A stretch of 64,000 nt of DNA from a virus. The position numbers were made by a program, and so were the translations under genes. The stretch's first letter is position 1; every line of letters begins with the position of its first letter. A model generated the notes under the pieces. That model made no database searches and had not been told where the DNA came from. It saw only the letters and a list, made by a program, of their open reading frames with translations. Location of the stretch: the IMG/VR virus record IMGVR_UViG_3300046723_000260, positions 8,243-72,242 of that record, one strand, 5' to 3'. Shown here one piece after another: positions 62,195 to 64,000 of this stretch.

Positions 62195-63589
62195 ATGACG
62201 ACGGTCGTCGACACCTTGGTCCTGGAGCTCGGCCTCGACCCCTCGAAGTTCACCGAGGGGCAGCGCGAGGCGCTCGCCGCCTTCAAGAAGACCCAGGAGG
62301 AGGTCGAGAAGGGCGGCAAGAACGTCGACGCGCAGAGCTCGAAGATCGAGAACTTCTTCGGCACGCTGAAGCGCCAGGCGCTCGGGCTCACCGCGGCGTT
62401 CATGGGCGGCCGCGGGATCCAGCAGTTCGCGGAGTACGTGACGCACATCGACGCCAACGTCGGGCGGCTCGCGTACACGACGCAGCAGTCGACCCGGGAG
62501 ATCTCGGCCTGGCAGGGCGTGGCGCGGCAGTTCGGCGGCACCGCCGAGACCGTCTCCGGCTCGATGCAGGGCCTGACCGACCAGGTCAGCCAATTCCTTT
62601 TGACCGGGCAGACCGGCGGCTTCCTCCAGGTCTTCAACGCGCTCGGCGTCAGCCTCTACGACTCGAACCGGCAACTGAAGACCGCGGGGCAACTGTTCCT
62701 CGACCTCAACGACGCGATCCAAGGCATGAACCCGAGTCGGGCGCGGTCGCTGCTGCTCGCGGCCGGCGCAGACCCGGCGACCGTCAACATGCTGCTGACC
62801 AACTCCAAGACGCTGAAGGACATGCTGGAGACGCAGCGCCAGATCGGCGGAACCACCGACCAGTCGGCGGAGGCGGCGGGCAAGCTGCAGGCGGCGTGGC
62901 AGCGCATCTACACGCGCGTCGAGGAGTTCGGCCGCAAGTTCCTGCCGATGATGCTGGTGTTCTCCGGCCTGGCCGAGTTCGCGATGGACTGGCTCGCCAA
63001 CAAGATAAGCGGGCGGCCGATGACGCCGCCGCCGAGCGGGGCCGGCGTCCCCGGCGGCGTGTCCAGCAGCGGCGCCATGAACAACGCCCAGATCGAGGCC
63101 GCCATCCGGTCCGAGGCGCGCGCGCGCGGAATCGATCCCGACATCGCCGTGAGGGTTTGGCAGTCGGAGGGCAAGGGCGGCTACGTCGGCGACCGCGGCT
63201 CGTCGTTCGGCCCGTTCCAGCTCCACTACGGCGGCGTCGCCTCCGGCGGCATGGCGGCGAAAGGGCTCGGCGACAAGTTCACGGCGACGACCGGGCTCGA
63301 CGCCCGCGACCCCTCGACGACGCTGGCGCAGATCCGCTTCTCGCTCGACGAGGCGGCCCGCGGCGGCTGGGGGCCGTGGCACGGCTGGACCGGCCTGCCG
63401 CGCGCCGGGCTCGCCGGGGCGCACCCGATGGGCGGCGACACCAACACGAGCCACAGCACGACCAACGTCAACATCGGCAAGGTCGAGGTCGTCACGCAGG
63501 CGACCGACGGCGACCGCGCCGCGCGCGACTTCGCCTCGACCCTGGAGCGGATGAAGTTCGGGGCGTCGGCGAACTATGGGCAGCGATGA
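62195..63589 (+). CDS. Tape measure protein with C-terminal lysozyme-like domain
   Basis: TVVDTLVLELGLDPSKF start, helical body; IRSEA.ARGIDPDIAVRVWQSEG...GD.GSSFGPFQLH. Confidence 0.85.
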   Translation: MTTVVDTLVLELGLDPSKFTEGQREALAAFKKTQEEVEKGGKNVDAQSSKIENFFGTLKRQALGLTAAFMGGRGIQQFAEYVTHIDANVGRLAYTTQQSTREISAWQGVARQFGGTAETVSGSMQGLTDQVSQFLLTGQTGGFLQVFNALGVSLYDSNRQLKTAGQLFLDLNDAIQGMNPSRARSLLLAAGADPATVNMLLTNSKTLKDMLETQRQIGGTTDQSAEAAGKLQAAWQRIYTRVEEFGRKFLPMMLVFSGLAEFAMDWLANKISGRPMTPPPSGAGVPGGVSSSGAMNNAQIEAAIRSEARARGIDPDIAVRVWQSEGKGGYVGDRGSSFGPFQLHYGGVASGGMAAKGLGDKFTATTGLDARDPSTTLAQIRFSLDEAARGGWGPWHGWTGLPRAGLAGAHPMGGDTNTSHSTTNVNIGKVEVVTQATDGDRAARDFASTLERMKFGASANYGQR

Positions 63590-63675
63590 CATGGACGCGA
63601 TTCTCTTGCTAATGATCTGCGGGACCGTCGCGATCATCGTGTTCTGCCTGGTCGCGCTCCTCTCGGGGTGGTGAG

Positions 63676-64000
63676 ATGCCGAACGTGCCGAACGTGCCGG
63701 GGGTGCCGACGCTGACCTCGTACTCGGCGGCGCCGATCCTCCTGGCGCTGAGCGACGCGGCGTTCGTCGCGCTGTCGTTCCTCGCGCCGCGCTGGGGCAT
63801 CTTCCTCGACGGCGTCCCGGCGCTGCCGATGGCGAAGTCGGTCGCGAGCTTCGAGTACAAGCAGGACTGGACGATCTCGGACTACCCGGTCGAGGAGGGC
63901 GGCTTCCAGAGCTACGACAAGGTGCAGCTCCCGTTCGAGTGCCGGGTCCGGATCACGTCGAGCGGGTCGAGCGGCGACCGCGCCGCGCTGCTCGCCGCCC
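63676..64000 (+). CDS. Baseplate/tail-initiator protein (partial, runs off the window)
   Basis: MPNVPNVPGVP...WGIF..G.P...SFEYKQDW.ISDYPVEEGGFQSYDKV..PF. Confidence 0.8.
   Translation, partial: MPNVPNVPGVPTLTSYSAAPILLALSDAAFVALSFLAPRWGIFLDGVPALPMAKSVASFEYKQDWTISDYPVEEGGFQSYDKVQLPFECRVRITSSGSSGDRAALLAA

Noticed and set aside
1-64000. tRNA, rRNA, integrase, CI repressor, DNA polymerase or transposase genes
   Set aside because: None recognised by eye; lifestyle (temperate, episomal or lytic) cannot be settled from this window

Overview
The whole window reads as most of the genome of a high-GC tailed phage or prophage with a contractile tail, probably infecting an alphaproteobacterium (inferred from gene content and promoter motifs). 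It starts in a Gly-rich tail gene and ends in the baseplate region. Order: lysis cassette (1-3.8 kb); leftward early/recombination operon (RlpA-like, YqaJ exonuclease, ERF, HIRAN; 3.9-10.7 kb); rightward replication and DNA-modification operon (RusA, MT-A70, initiator with iteron origin, radical SAM, DpdA/TGT-like, QueC, VUT transporter, amino-MTase, Mom-like, ParB-N, C5-MTase; 10.8-23.2 kb); a second leftward block with a UDG-like gene; terminases; head, neck and tail genes. The main candidate for an undescribed system is a 1694-aa portal polyprotein carrying kinase-like, Nudix and ADP-ribosyltransferase cargo domains. These are delimited by repeated 'xxD-(E)-A-x-F-x-ES-x-HPRD-xx-GKF' tags that recur in the prohead protease, suggesting a protease-released, head-packaged effector system. 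Other notable features: a perfect chromosomal parS site in the lysis region, a HiPIP-like gene after the portal, a roughly 9.6 kb head-accessory insert with a MTase-TPR-glycosyltransferase and an unusual Pro-rich repeat protein, one small beta domain inserted into five structural proteins, and a -1 tail-chaperone frameshift. All family calls come from motif recognition by eye; no database searches were run.
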